From the human T2T-CHM13v2.0 reference genome, Homo sapiens, in the NCBI RefSeq assembly GCF_009914755.1, contig NC_060930.1: a DNA stretch of 64,000 nucleotides, one strand, 5' to 3'. Made by a program: the position numbers and the translations under genes. Under the pieces are notes generated by a model, which did no database searches, was not told where the DNA came from, and saw only the letters and a list, made by a program, of their open reading frames with translations. Of this stretch, positions 1 through 14,357 are shown one piece after another (positions within the stretch are counted from its first letter, which is position 1; each line of letters opens with the position of its first letter).

Positions 1-249
1 TGATAAATGTAGAGGAGTGCAGAGACGGCTGGTGGGGAAGCAGAGACCTGAGGTTGCAGCAAAGGGAGAAAAACAGCCACAGTATTTAGAAACAAATACT
101 CTTGCATTAGGGCAAGTTTCTCCCAAAGGCCAGCTGGGGCCATTCACACCAATGCACCCCCAGGAGCTCTGTCACAGAGCATCCTGAAAACACCACAGAC
201 AGTTGAGGCCTCCACCCCAACTAGAGCTGCAAATTCACATTAGCCAAAT

Positions 250-1180
250 CCAGGATGAATTTAGCTTTTGTGTTGCCTGAAACTTAAAGATTTTTGGAGT
301 ATTTTTAGAAAAATAAGAACATTAGGGGTAAAAAATCAGGAATGAAAATGAACACATTCTGAATGAAAAAACTGATTTACAAAAAAATTAAGTTTCAAAA
401 GTTGTCAAAAGTCTTTAGAAAATAGAGGGGGAATGGATATAACTAATTATTATAATTAGCTGCCTGATTCAACCCTATATTATATTTTCTCTCTACATTA
501 TTGGATGCTTACATTTTAATTGCCTCATCATGATTTTGGAATACCCCTCTACAGAGAGAATACAAAAGAAAGTGTCTTTCCTCTGGCAAGGTTAATAGAA
601 ATTTTTTATGAAATTATCAATTTAAAATTCTTAAACTGTCAGTTTAGGAAAAGTTTCTTTCAGCTTCACAACTTATAATTAGTAATGTCATGTGCATTTT
701 TACCATTGCTGTCAAGTTTGGAAAGCCCTCTGAAGCTTCTGTCCTATGTGAGCTTTAAAATTTCAGGACATTTCAAGTTTCCTTAAATACTCTTTACACT
801 GACTACATTATTCCTAGAAGCCTTTCAAGATTGCCAGCAATAATTTAACTTACACAGCAGTGACTGCAAACTACAAAAATATTACTCCAAACTTACACTG
901 CATATATTCTCAGCTAAATATCCCCATAGGCTAATTGCAGAATTTCCCATGGCCACTCCAGTGCTACTAAACAAAAGGGAGACTATGACAGAGAGGAAAT
1001 CAGAGTGGAAATGGACAGTCATTTTCATTGGTTGAAGTTAATATATATTAATTTTGCAAATTTTATAAAGCTGTTTCAGCTTGTGAATAGATTCCAGATC
1101 CCTGGAAGAGATTCCAGAGTCCCTGCAAAGAGAGATTTCGAGGCTTAAACTTATGTGATTTTCCCAGTCACTCCAGGTCT
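250..1180 (-). mobile_element. hAT DNA transposon relic (Zaphod/hAT-Tip100-like) with transposase C-terminal dimerisation remnant
   Basis: Minus strand 730-647 reads EGFPNLTAMVKMHMTLLIISCEAERNFS, matching the hAT dimerisation motif FP.L...L......S...ER.FS, then a frameshift/stop. Boundaries approximate. Confidence 0.7.
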
Positions 1181-2009
1181 GTCTTGGAGAGGAGCCCCCA
1201 AATTTGGAGAGGAGCAAAAGAACAGGGCATTCTGAGAGATCTGAATTATCTAAAAGAGAAACGTTTAAAATACTTCCAATTTATTCTAGTGGACCAGTGT
1301 TACATTGGAATGAATGTGTTCTTTGCTACTTGTTTCCACCACTCTCTCCCTCCTAGCTGCCCCAGAGGTAGAGGATTGGGTGAACATCATATCTGTACAT
1401 TGAAAATAAACAGCTGTGTTTTCTTTGTGCTTCTGAATATAATATGAATAAATGTGGGACTCTATTACACATATTTTGCAAGTTAATATTTACTTTTAAT
1501 GTGATCACAATATTTAGTTGTATTCACACTTTTTGGAATTTTCTGATTTCCTTTTTGTATTTGTTACTATGAGACCTGTAGCATAAAGGCTTTAAATTGC
1601 TATATCAAAATTGCTTGATATAATTCTAATGTGAATGTCAAAGGTTGGTGCCCAATAACACATCAGGAGTGTGATGAGAACTGGATTCCAGGTGCAAAAT
1701 TCTAATAGTTCATTGTCCTTTGCAACTACTCCATCTTCTTTCCTCCCCAGACTCATGAGCAGATCGAGGTAAATTCATGATGTAGACCAAGTTGTTTCTC
1801 CAACTTCTCTTTTTGCTACCCTGAACTTATCTGTGTTGTAGACTTGACAGCTAAGTTAGACTCCAAAATATACAGATGAACTAGTAAAATCACATTGATT
1901 AATCCTAGTAAGTTTTCAAGTTGGGTTGCTGACTTAGCATATTCCCTTCATTATGAACATATAAGGAGGACAGGAGGAGAGGTCAATAGCACTATAGGGA
2001 TGGATTTAA

Positions 2010-2350
2010 TTAATAAGTGTTGAGTATCACATATATGTTCTTATTTACTGAGCACCTACTTTCCCCAGTGATAACAGAGCAGAAAATAAAACTGTAAAAC
2101 ATGTAGTTTTGTTTGGGAAGGGTGTGATGTTCAGGCAAGGCCTTCTAGAGCAGGCATTATCTAGGTTGAGATTTGAAGTGGAGGAATTAGGTAGTAGGAT
2201 AATAGGTGATTCAAGGCAAATGGAATAGCATTTCAAAAGTGTGGGGGTGGGAACATTCACATTTTCAGTTGAGAAAGAAAACCTGAGCTGCAAGGTGGAC
2301 ATTAGATTGAAGGGGGTGATTGCAAAACAATTGGAAATGGACTTTTTTTT
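2010..2350 (-). mobile_element. L2 fragment
   Basis: atttactgagcacctac and ggaaggcttc...gagatttgaag-type L2 3' motifs, degraded. Confidence 0.55.
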
Positions 2351-2639
2351 ACTGAGGAAGGTGTCCTTAGTGGTTGGTGGAAAGGGTTAGTCCTTCTCAC
2401 TCCGTAGAGACTTGAATACTTGATTAAATAAGGAGAGAGCAGAGTAACAGTTATATCTTGCCACTTGATTACCATAATTCTCCTCTAAACTCGAAATCTA
2501 CTATTTGTATACATTCAGAGTGAAAAAAAAATGGTTAGGTTTTGTTCATAAACTCTAATTTCCCTTGACCTTGGTGATTTACATAGTTTCTATAGCATTT
2601 AAACAGGTTAATACTTTTCAGAAACTAACTTGGAAAAAA

Positions 2640-2800
2640 GCCTATCTTAGGTAGACACTTTCATATGTTATCTCACATAATCCTTACAAAAGGACGCTGA
2701 ATCATCGTGGGTCTTTTCTAGATTAAAAAAAGAGGCTTAAAGATCTTGAGCTTGAGGTTAAACTAACACATAGAAGAAGAGAGAGAATCTCAACTCAGGT
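2640..2800 (-). mobile_element. MIR fragment
   Basis: ttatctcacataatccttacaa...agattaaaaaaagaggcttaaag MIR core-like. Confidence 0.5.
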
Positions 2801-3879
2801 TATCCACATTAACCTGTCTAATAAAGAAAAATGTAAATTTTGGACAAAGTTTAATTTAGTTCAGTACCACAAAGCAAGCCCCTAATACTTTTTTAGTGTT
2901 TCAAATGCATGTGCTTATGAACTAAAGAGCATTCATAATAAATTTTTAGTTTAATAATTTTCAAAATGTTTACATTTTGACTGCACAATCTCAAATTCAA
3001 AAGAAATATTAACTAGGGAAAATGCATTATGTATACAAGGCTGCATCCCAAATTTCCAGTTATTTTGATGTGGTATGTACTGTGTCTTCAGAACAATCAA
3101 TTAGACTCTTCCCTCCTGATGTGAATATCTGAATACAAATTAAAAATGAGAAGCATGTATACAACATCAGAATATAGATCAAAACCATTCCCCAGGTTAG
3201 TTTATAATGTTCCATTTAGGACATGATTTTAATCAGAGAAAAAATTACACGTACTCATGATAAAAATGACAAATACCTGCATCACTTAGGAAAAACATAA
3301 TCTATAGATTAGGAGATATGTTGGAGATGGCTCAGATAAATGATATAGTGTAATATTTAAAGGCACATATTAAGGAATCTCATATAATGTATGCTATTGT
3401 AATCCACTTCTTTGATCAATGGAGAAGTACATATTTCAAATAGAAATATAAGACTCAGCAGCCCACTGTACATAAAGCACCTGACCTCATGCCCGTCATG
3501 CAGTAGTCATAATAGTTAATTTCCTTCTTGTATAACAGATGGAGAAAGCATTTCAAAAATCATCTAAAACCAAAGCAACCACCAAATGTGTTTATAAAGC
3601 AGAAGTTATAGATAGAATTATATTATGATGGAGATTATAGAATTCTATTGTGATGGAGATTATTAAAGTTTAGACATATTTTATATTAACTTGATTTTAT
3701 TAAAGACTGCTTGAAACAATATTAAACATATACATTTACTACCTTGTATATGTATATTGCTGCCTCTTATGTGTATTTGTTTTTACATGCCTCTGATTTG
3801 AAGGGTAGCTGAATTTAAAAGACTCTTTTTTTTTTAACTTTTGACTGTCTTTCAAGCCACTCAAAGATTTCAGTGAGTA

Positions 3880-4040
3880 TTGATAGGCCCATCTGTTATA
3901 TGATCCTGGGGAATTCATTTCCTCTGATTTTGTTTCTTCACCTGCACAGTGGTGGTATTATTACTTCCATGCTAATTAATTATGTGACACACTTAGCATG
4001 CTGACTAGTATAAAACAACCGTTCACTAAATGGCTGCCCT
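3880..4040 (+). mobile_element. MIR fragment
   Basis: tgtttcttcacctgca...acacttagcatgctgactagta MIR-like. Confidence 0.5.
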
Positions 4041-4871
4041 TAGTGCTTCAAATTGGTTCAGAAATAGTCTAGCGTGCATTTGAAATTTACCATATTCTTC
4101 TAAAACTATTGTTTTAACAATAAACTGCCGAGATTATGCCACCTATGTTGAATAAAACTAACCCTGACAGCCTAGCCACAATTGATTGGATCAGAATTAA
4201 AATTCATGATTCAAAGATAATCACCAGTATCTGCTCTGGAAAGAGGCCAATCCATGCTGATGTGGCCAAGATAAAACTCTGCCCATCATCTGTCTGCATA
4301 GTGAATGGTGACAAAATAATCATTTTTAGGATCTATACTAAGTAAAGAGAAGGCAAGTCACTTGATCTCATCCTGCATAGTTTGATGCATATTTCACTCA
4401 TCCAAACTGAGACCCGAATGCAGGATGACAGCATAGAGACATAAGACATTTTGGGGCACTCTTATAACGATTGTCCTGTACCAAACCCTACTCTCTTCTC
4501 TACCTTACAGCTTTTTGCAACATATTGGTATGTGGTACTTACGTAGTTAGGTCTCAAAGAAGAGACTTCAGACATGAAATGAGATTGGGTGGAACAAAAT
4601 GGGGAACATGAGATATTCCCATTAATAGTGGAAACACATAATTTAGGTTTTGGTAGTAAATAAAAAATAAGGCTATCACCTGATTATGCTGTTGTTTCAG
4701 GTGACATACCCAACAAAATCAAGGCTTTGGGCCACAGAGTAGACATATTAGAATGCTTTGGAGAGATTATAATGTGAAAGAATAACAGGATACACTAAAA
4801 TTTTATGGTAACCCTATGTTACCTACATGAATACATTCTAATGATAGACAGCTAACAAAATCGAGGACCAT

Positions 4872-5388
4872 TATCGTGTCAGATATGCCTACAGATTACC
4901 CAACAAACAACCTCTCCATTTTTACATTTTTAGGACATTTTTGGCCAAAGATTAAAATGTGAGATAACCATTTTGCCTGCTTTATCTGTGACTAGGTTAT
5001 GGCCAGGCATCTTAACCCATTGTAGCTAAAGTCTGGTTTGGGATGTGAAGGGCTATCTGTTTGGGTTATGGGAAAGTTTCTTATCCACAATTATATAAAT
5101 GCTTAATAACCCTTTCCTTAGAAGGAATGCTATATTGATTGTCATGATGCTTGAAACAGCAGTAACAATCTTCTGACTGTTAAGGGGCAAGCCTAAAGCT
5201 GTGCTGAGTATGATAGAAAAGGAAGATGGGAAGACATTTGTTCTTCAGTGATGCTGCTGAGCTCTTGGAGTAACACTGGGAGCTCCCTTACCCCAGACCT
5301 TGGTTGTATAAGGAAGCAAAGTCCCATTATGGAAGCTCATTTAGTTAAGTTTCAGACCTTTGTACTCAAAGGTATCCTAACTGGTACA
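4872..5388 (+). mobile_element. Solo MaLR LTR (MLT1J/K-like)
   Basis: MLT1 body, ends cctaactggtaca; perfect 5-bp TSD accat at 4867-4871 and 5389-5393. Confidence 0.75.
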
Positions 5389-6549
5389 ACCATGTCACTC
5401 TGTGGAAGAAAACACTTTCAGCTTGAATTTAGTGCTGGCACTGCTGTACTCCAGGCAGTGCAATAGCATAGTGCATAGAGGGCCATGTACAGGTAAGTTG
5501 AATTCCCAGTTGCCTTAAATTTTCATGGCTAGGGCTCTGACTGGTAGAAATTTAGAATTTTGATCACTTAAGTATAAACTTTTAGAAGGCTTAAGTGAGC
5601 TTTATGGTTGAGATGTCTGACACATCAGGACATTTCTAATCATTTTTTTTTTACCACATAACCCCACCTACCACCCTATCTTCCTTTTTTTGCAGTTATA
5701 ATTATCTTCCCAGTTATGAGACATATCCAGTAACTAGGGTGGAAGTTTGTCACTGACCTTAGAATCACTATGCAAAACCATACTCAGAAGGAGCAAAAAT
5801 GTTTCCAGGATGAGTTGTATAAGCTGTCAGTATATTGACAGAAGCTAGAAGAGATGGAATGGACTTCGATTTTAAAGATGCTTTGACTAGGAGACAAGAG
5901 CACATATTTGGAGTAATTTGGAGTATGCTTCATTTGGGTTTTTCTTTTTTTTTAACTCATTGGAAATACACATTAAAGCACAATGGGCAGATCTGAAAAG
6001 TTTTAACAGGTTGCTGGTTTAAGCAATTATGTACAATTATACTAAGCCCTGGTTCATGACTACTGTGAAGAGCCAGAATTTGGCATAATTTGGGCAAAGA
6101 GATTCAATGGTTTGGGGAGAAAGGATTTATATAGTAGGTTTATTATTGAATCTAGCTGCTGGAGCCACGTTATGTTTCCTCCACAATGTTTCCAACCCGT
6201 TAGTGACTAGAAGGAGAGGCTTATAAAGGAAAGACTCTGAAGAGCTAAATGGGCCTCTTTTCCATTCTCCATGTGCAGGAAAGGCTATAATCACAACCTC
6301 TGTTGTTGATTATAGTGGAAATGGTCAGAGTCAGTAGACACAGGTAGTGACTATCAGCAAAAGCAAAAAGTGGAGATGGTAATCCAGTTTTGGGGAATGA
6401 CAATGCTGGAGACATTTGGTTATGACTTACAAAGCATGAAAGAAAATTTAAAAGTATTCCTTAATATTCTATTTGATCTGTATGAGAGAAATTGCAATGA
6501 CTGATAAAAGTGGGAGCTGTGATTCTCTCATACTAACAAGATATGACCT

Positions 6550-6750
6550 CAGCAGTGTAGACACACAGCCTTGGTTCAGGTTGCATGTGTGGCTCCATCT
6601 TCTACTTGTGGGATTTGGGGCCTCAGATTCTTCAGTTGTGAAAAGAAGATAAGAACACTACTCAAAACAGTTGTTGTGAGATTAGTGATAATGTGTAAAA
6701 AATACTCAGGAAATTTCTAGGAATAGTAAATATTAAGTTTTGTTATTATG
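6550..6750 (+). mobile_element. MIR inserted in the ERVL relic
   Basis: cctcagattcttcagttgtgaaaag...ttgttgtgagattagtgataatgtgtaaaa MIR core. Confidence 0.7.
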
Positions 6751-9700
6751 ATGTGGATACTTGGTCTCCTTGGTTACAATGAGACTAAAGATTGAAGGCC
6801 AGAAAATGAAGATCCCTTGATAAAGGCTACTATAATGGCTTTATACATACCTTGACTGTTTTACTTTGTCTTCTTCAAAAAGTCAAAAAATTATAAAAGA
6901 ATATGATCATTCTATAGAGAATGTTTTAGAAGTTTTCAGACATTTACCACACTGGCCCACTGGAAGCTAACACTGTTAAGCAATAAAGAATTGAGACTTA
7001 GCTTATCTCACAATAGATGGGACAAGTGGTTCATATTTTATGCAGTCATCATATCCCAAATTTAGGAGTATATACTTAGAAAGGATATTTAGTAATTAAA
7101 AATAAGATCAAGCTGGTAATTCCCTAACTATGTAGTAAATGATAATGAATGGAGTTAGGATGTTGATTATCAGGAGGATGCCATTGGTGCTCCTCCTATC
7201 TGTGAAATTTTTAATCAAAATAATATTCCTTCTCCCTCAAAATTCTTAAGATTTTAATCACCAGTGAAGATTTTCCAGACATGGTGATTCTATAAGCTCT
7301 CTCTTATTTCTCAGGTTTGATCTGGGTAAAACATATTGAAAGTTCTGGAATATTGCCTCACTTTATCCAAAATTTAATGTAAGTTCTTTCTAGAGGTGTT
7401 TAGAGACCTTTTTATGGAAGCTGACTAAATACCACACCTGTATATGGCAGGGGCAGATTTCTCTCACGAATTAGTCATGAAGAATATGGACCACATCTTC
7501 ACCCCAGGACATGATGCTTCTCCATGAATGCTTGGCTGTATGGAATAGAAGGTGGTAAGAATTCTAAATTTTTAAAAAAAAAAGATTAATAGAAGTTAGA
7601 AATAAAGCCCATGGGAATATATACCCAAGCAAAATTCTTATCAGTCTAAAGATACAGCATAAATTTAATTCCCTCCAAAGTTAAGGACGGCTTTTAGTCC
7701 TTTTAAACTAGAAGGTAGAATAACATTTAATTGACCCCTTATTTTGGAGTTATCTTATTTTTCTTTGTAGAAATGCTTCACTGCTTAACAATTTATTTTG
7801 GCTGTTCTCCTGTACTTCACTGTACATACTTTATAGAACCACTGAAGAATTTTAAGTTGGTTCAGAATGAAGTATGAGCTGTCCTTCCATTTATTCCCCA
7901 AAGTATTGCTCATTTTCAGAGGCCTGAAGTCTTGAACAGAGCTTAATTCCCAAGTGGTAAAATCCCAAAGGACTTCCGGTTGTGTTCCCTAAAGTTTAGG
8001 CACAAAGTTAGACATCTTGCAGCAGAATGACACTTTCCTTCTGAGGATGAATATTTGACTTACCACAAGCCTCTAGAAAACAAATGCCTAGTCATGAGAT
8101 ACAAGTGATCCCAAGACATGGGCTGACCATGGTGATCCACCAAACCACAAGTTTGAATATGACTAGATGAAGTCCACCATTAAATGGAAGTGGTCTGTTT
8201 AGGATTGAGACTCTCGATACATTCAGTGAACAAATTCTCCCTACATATTCATTGCCTGTATAGGGATCATATTGCCATTCTTCTCTCAACTTATGTCTGT
8301 GGATTTGTAGAATATTCTTTCTATTCAACTTAAAGAGGATTGAAATCTTAAGGGATATTTCTAGGGAATTCTGCAAAGCATGCTAGCACTATACACAAAT
8401 GTATTCCTCTAGCATTAGAGCACTCATAAGAATAATCCTGAAAGGTAATGGAGTAAGTAAATCTTTCCACTCAGCAGAACTTCAAGGAGGACATTTTGTA
8501 GTTTGCTGTGCCTGAAAGGAAGCCTAGATTGAGACCCACATTTACTTTGATTTGGAGACAGTGGCAGACAGTTAGCTAACTTGTCAAAGGCTTAGAAGTA
8601 TAGTTGGAGGGTTTGTGTAGGGTTTTAGATAAGAACAATATGGATTATGCTTTTAAGAGAAAACCCAGAGACTAGTCATTTCAATGGAACATTGTTAACA
8701 TTTGAAATGATCAGATGACCCACATTTGGCAGTACTTTTTTTCCTCAGCTAGCTCATTTCCTTGCAGTGAACTCAATAAATAGTGATGAAGATGAACAGA
8801 GACTATGATTGTGTCTAATTACTTGTTCTCTTATTACTATGGTAATTCTGTCTACAGCCAAATTGGAGGGCAAAATTTATTAAAGACAGCTTTGAATTGT
8901 TGATAGAGTACCATACTTTATTGAAAAATAGCTGCTGATGGCATGTTGATTACATCAGATTTTGTAGCATTGCTATGACACTTATTTACCCTCACTGGAA
9001 AATAGTATTTGTTTCCTTAGGTTTTGGGGGAACAGGTAGTATTTGTTAGATGAGTAAGTTCTTTAGTGGTGATTTGTGAGATTTTTGGTGTACCTATCAC
9101 TCACACAGTATACATTGAGCCCAATTTGTAGTCATTTATCCCTCACACCCTTCCCACCCTTTCCTCCTGAGTCTGCAAAATCCATTGTGTAATTCTTATG
9201 CATTTGCATCCTCATAGCTTAGCTATCACTTATGCTTGAGAATATACGATGTTTGGTTTTCCATTCCTGAGTTACTTCACTTAGAATAATAGACTCCAAT
9301 CCCATCCAGGTTGCTACGAATCCCAATAATTCATTCCTTTTTATGGCTAAGAAGTATTCCATCTTTTATATATGTCACAGTTTCTTTATCTGCTCACTGA
9401 TTGATGGGTTTTGGGGTTGGTTCCATATTTTTGCAACTGTGAATTGTGCTGCTATAAACATACGGGTACAAATATCTTTTTTGTATGATGACTTATTTTC
9501 CTCTGAATAGATACCCAGTAGTGGGATTGCTGGATCAAATGGTAGTCTACTTTTAGTTCCTTAAGGAATCTCCACACTGTTTTCCACAGTGATTGTACTA
9601 GTTTACATTACCACCAGCAGTGTAGATGTGTTTTCTGTTCACTGCATCCATGCCAACATCTATTTTTTTTTATTGTTTTGATTATGTCCATTCTTGGGGG

Positions 9701-11744
9701 AAGAAAGGTGGTATCACACCCTGGTTTTGATTTGTATTTCCCTAATCATTAGTGATGTTGAGAATTTTTTTATATGTTTATTGGCCATTTTTATATTTTC
9801 TTTTGAGAATTGTCTATTCATGTCCTTAGTCCACTTTTTGATGAAATTGTTTTATTCTTGAAAATTTGCTTGAGCTCGTTGTAGATTCTGGATATTATTC
9901 CTTTGTCAGAGGTATAGATGTGAAGATTTTCTCCCACTCTGTGGGCTGCCTGTTTATTCTGCTGATTGTTCCTTTTGCCTTGCAAAAGCTCTTTAGTTAA
10001 TTAAGTCCCACCTATTTATCTTTGTTTTTATTGCATTTGCTTCTGGGATCTTGGTCATGAAATCCTTGCCTAAGTCAATGTGTAGAAGGGTTTTCTAATG
10101 TTGTCTTCTAGAATTTTTATAGTTTCAGGTCTTAGATTTAAGTCCCTGATCCATCTTGAATTGGTTTTTGTATAAGGTGAGAGATGAGAATCCAGTTTCA
10201 CTCTCCTATATGTGGCTTGCCAACTATACCAGCACCATTTGTTGAATAGGGTGTCCTTTCCCCACTTTATGATTTTGTTTGCTTTGTCAAAGATCATTTG
10301 GATGTAAGTATTTGGGTTTATTTCTGGGTTCTCTATTCTGTTCCATTGGTCTATGTGCCTATTTTTATACCAGTACCATGCTGTTTTGGTGACTATGGCC
10401 TTATAGTATTTTGTTAAGGATTTTAGCATCTATGTTCATCAGGGATATTGGTCTGTAGTTTTCTTTTTTGGTTATATCCTTTCTGGTTTTGGTATTAGGG
10501 TGATGCTTGCTGGCTTCATAGAATGATTTAGGGAAAATTCCCTCTTTCTCTATCTTGTGGAATAGTGTCAATAATTCTTCCTGGAATGTCTGGTAGAATC
10601 CTGCTTTGAACCCATCTGATCCTGGAGTTTTTTTGTTGGCAATTTTTTTTTATTACCATTTCAATTATTGGTCTGTTCAGGATATCTAATTCTTCCTGAT
10701 TTAAGCTAGGAGGGTTGTATCTTGCCAGAAATTTATTCATTTCCTCTAGGTTTTTTAGTTTATGTGCATAAAGATGTTCATAGTAGCCTTGAATGATCTT
10801 TTGTATTTCTGAGGTATCGGTTATAATATCTCCTCTTTCATTTCTAATTGAGCTTATTTGCATTTTCTCTTTTCTTGGTTAATCTTGCTAATGGTCTATC
10901 AATTTCATATATCTTTTCAAAGAACCAGCTTTTTTTTTTTCATTTATCTTTTGTATTTCTTTTGTTTCAATTTCATTTAGTTCTGCTCTGATCTTGGCTA
11001 TTTCCTTTATTCTGCTGGTTTTGAGTTTGGTTTGTTCTTCTTTCTCTAGTTCCTTGAAGTGTGATCTTACATTGTCTGTATGTGCTCTTTTGGACTTTTC
11101 AATGTAGGAATTTAGGGCTATGAACTTTCCTCTTAGCCCTGCCTTTCCTGTATCCCAGGGGTTTTTATAGGTTGTGTCACTATTATCATTCCATTTGAAA
11201 AATTTTTAAATTTTCATGTTGATTTCATTGTTGACCCAATAATCACTTAGGAACAGATTATTTAATTTCCAGGTATTTGCATGGTTTTGAAAGTTCCTTT
11301 TGGAGTTAATTTCCAGTTTATTCTACTGTTGTCTGAGAGACTACCTGATATAATTTAAATTTTCCTAAATTTATTGAGACTTTTTTGTGGCCTATCATAT
11401 GGTCTATCTCGGAAAAACTTCCATGTTCACTGATGAATATATATTCTGCGTTTGTTGGGTCGAATATTCTGTAAATATCTGTTAAGCCCTTTTGTTCCAG
11501 GATATAGTTTAAATCCATTGTTTATTGTTTCTTTGTTGACTTTCTGTCTTGATGACCTGTCTAGTGCTGTCAGTGGAGTATTCAAGCCCCCCACTATTAT
11601 TGTGCTGCGTCTATCTCATTTCTTAGGCAGTAGTAATTGTTTTTATAAATTTGAGAGCTCCAGTGTTAGGTGCATATATATTTAGGATTGTGATATTTTC
11701 CTGTTGGACAAGGCTTTTATTATTATATAATGTCCCTCTTTGTC

Positions 11745-12045
<301 letters not shown>

Positions 12046-12400
12046 CACTCTTTGTCTTTTCTAACTGCTGTTGGTTTAAAGTTTGTTTCCTCTGATATAA
12101 GAATAGCAATTCCTGCTTGCCTTTGGTGACCATTTGCATAGAATGTCTTTTTTCACCCCTTTACCTTAAGTTTAAGTGATTCCTTAGGAGTTAGGTGAGT
12201 CTCTTGAATGCAGCAGATAGCTGGTTGGTGAATTCTTATCCATGATGCAATGCTGTATATTTTAAGTAGAGCATTTAGACCATTTACATTCAACATTAGT
12301 ATTCAGATGTGAGGTACCGTTCCATTCATCATGTTATTTGTTGTCTGTATACCTTGTTTTTTTTTATTATTGTATTTTTGTTTTATAGATCCTGTGAGAT

Positions 12401-12898
12401 TTATGCTTTAAAGAGGTTCTGTTTTGATGTGTTTCCAGGTTTTGTTTCAAGGCTCAGAGCTCCTTTCAGCAGTTCTTGTAGCGCTGGCTTGGTAATGGCA
12501 TATTCTCTCAGCATTTGTTGGTCTGTAAAAGATTGTATCTTTCCTTCATTTATGAAGCTTTGTTTCACTGGATACAAAATTCTTGGCTGATAATTGTTTT
12601 GTTTAAGGGAGCTGAAGGTAAAGCCCCAATCCCTTCTAGCTTGAAGGGTTTCTGATGAGAAATTTGCTGTTAATTTGATAGGTTTTCTTTTATAGGTTAC
12701 CTGGTGCTTTTGTCTCACAGCTCTTAAGATTCTTTCCTTTGTGTTGACTTCAGATAACCTGATGATAATGTGCCTCGGCAATGATCTTTTTGTGATGAAT
12801 TTCCCAGATGTTCTTTGAGCTTGTTGTATTTGGATATCTAGGTCTCTAGCAAGGCCAGGGAAGTTTTCGTTGATTATTCCCCCAAATATGTTTTCCAA
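12401..12898 (-). pseudogene. L1 ORF1p C-terminal remnant
   Basis: ENFPGLARDLDIQIQ...PRHIIIRL...KPALQELLKGAL is L1 ORF1; N-terminus missing. Confidence 0.9.
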
Positions 12899-14357
12899 AC
12901 TTTTATATTTCTTTTCCTCAGGAATACCAATTATTCTTAGGTTTGGTCACTTAACATAATCTCAAATTTCTTGGAGGCTTTGTTCATTCTTTCTTATTCT
13001 TTATTTCTAAATTTGCTTCCTGTGGCCATGTTGCATTTGCCTATGACATAGACTTATTCTCTCATGTACCACTAAGTTCTTCCATCAATGCAATTTCTGT
13101 TTGTAGAACTCATTTCACAGAAAAGAAGTAAAGCAATCAGCTGACGCTTGTGAAAGGAACTACTCCTATTATTTTCATACCATGGATAAGTAGTCAGCCT
13201 TATACAATGATAACTTGACCTATTGAAAACTTATTTGCACTTTCCCTCAATTAACCATACTAGACTGAAGATCTGCCTTGTCTTATTTTGTGTGGTATAT
13301 GATCTGTGACAATAATTTATATAGAATGCTGCCTCTTCCATAGCTAAATGCATAGGTCTAGAAATTGAGGAGGAGGAAGAGTAGTAGCTTTTAAAATCTT
13401 ACCTGATATTACGATTTTTGAATAATTCTATTTTAATCCCTTCATTCTGAGACCTTAGGCATGAAAGTGACAGTATCCAAAGGAGGCAGACATATTTTAT
13501 ATAAAATATGAAAAAGGTTTTACCAAATTGCCACCTGTGGTTAGCATCTGTCAATCTTGGACTACTCATGTCATGATAATAGCGAAAAGAATCATTACCA
13601 CCTTGAAAGGGACGATAGGTCTGATACTCCAAAATAGAGCTTGAAAAAAATCATGGATGAACTAAAGGATTATTTGGGCACTTCCTTTTATTTCCTGCTG
13701 AAAGTCATTAAGAAAATACGATATCTCTAGACCTTTTAGAAATTATGGTTTGTGCTATTCTGTGAAGCAAGGGTCCTAGATCAACTGAGCAATTAGCTAA
13801 ATAAAAAAGAGAAAGAGAATAAAAGTCTAATATTAAAAATGGCCTTGCGGCAAATTGCATATATGAGGTATTATTTTAAAAATTAGAAAGCAAATGAATA
13901 TAACCAGAGAGAATAGATTTTATTTACTTTTAGTTTAGTTTTATTGTAAATTAACAAATTATAGTTGTATATGAGGGTAAATTTTAATATTAGACATTAT
14001 CTTCAGAATAATTTAAAGATATTATCTTTGTAGAAGTAAGCCATAATTTTGGTTGCTATCAGAAGTGACTTTGGTTGGGCATGAACTAGCAATATTATAA
14101 TGATAAATTGACGATGATGCTTTTGGAAGTGTAGACCTAGAAAAAAAGATGCTGAGCCTAGCAATTGGGAGATTTAGTGCAGGAGACAATGAAAATACCT
14201 GCCAGTTACAATGCTACCTTTTAAGGAAAACTTCTAAATGGTGCTCTTTGTTTAAGCAACTGTGACTCTTGTCACATATGTGTTGACTGAATTGAAATCC
14301 ATTGTCCTAGTCAAAAGTAATTTTGAAGGCATCAGTGTGGTAATAAAAGTGAAACAA

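Noticed and set aside
4872-9005. MLT1 (MaLR) LTR as the 5' LTR of a pol-bearing ERVL, i.e. a MaLR-ERVL transitional provirus
   Set aside because: ERVL-like leader/gag also lies upstream of the LTR, and the LTR has its own perfect accat TSD, so it is a later solo insertion.
13900-14340. 3' LTR of the first ERVL
   Set aside because: Only a vague polypurine-tract-like motif near 14125; no recognisable LTR and no match to sequence upstream of 4520.
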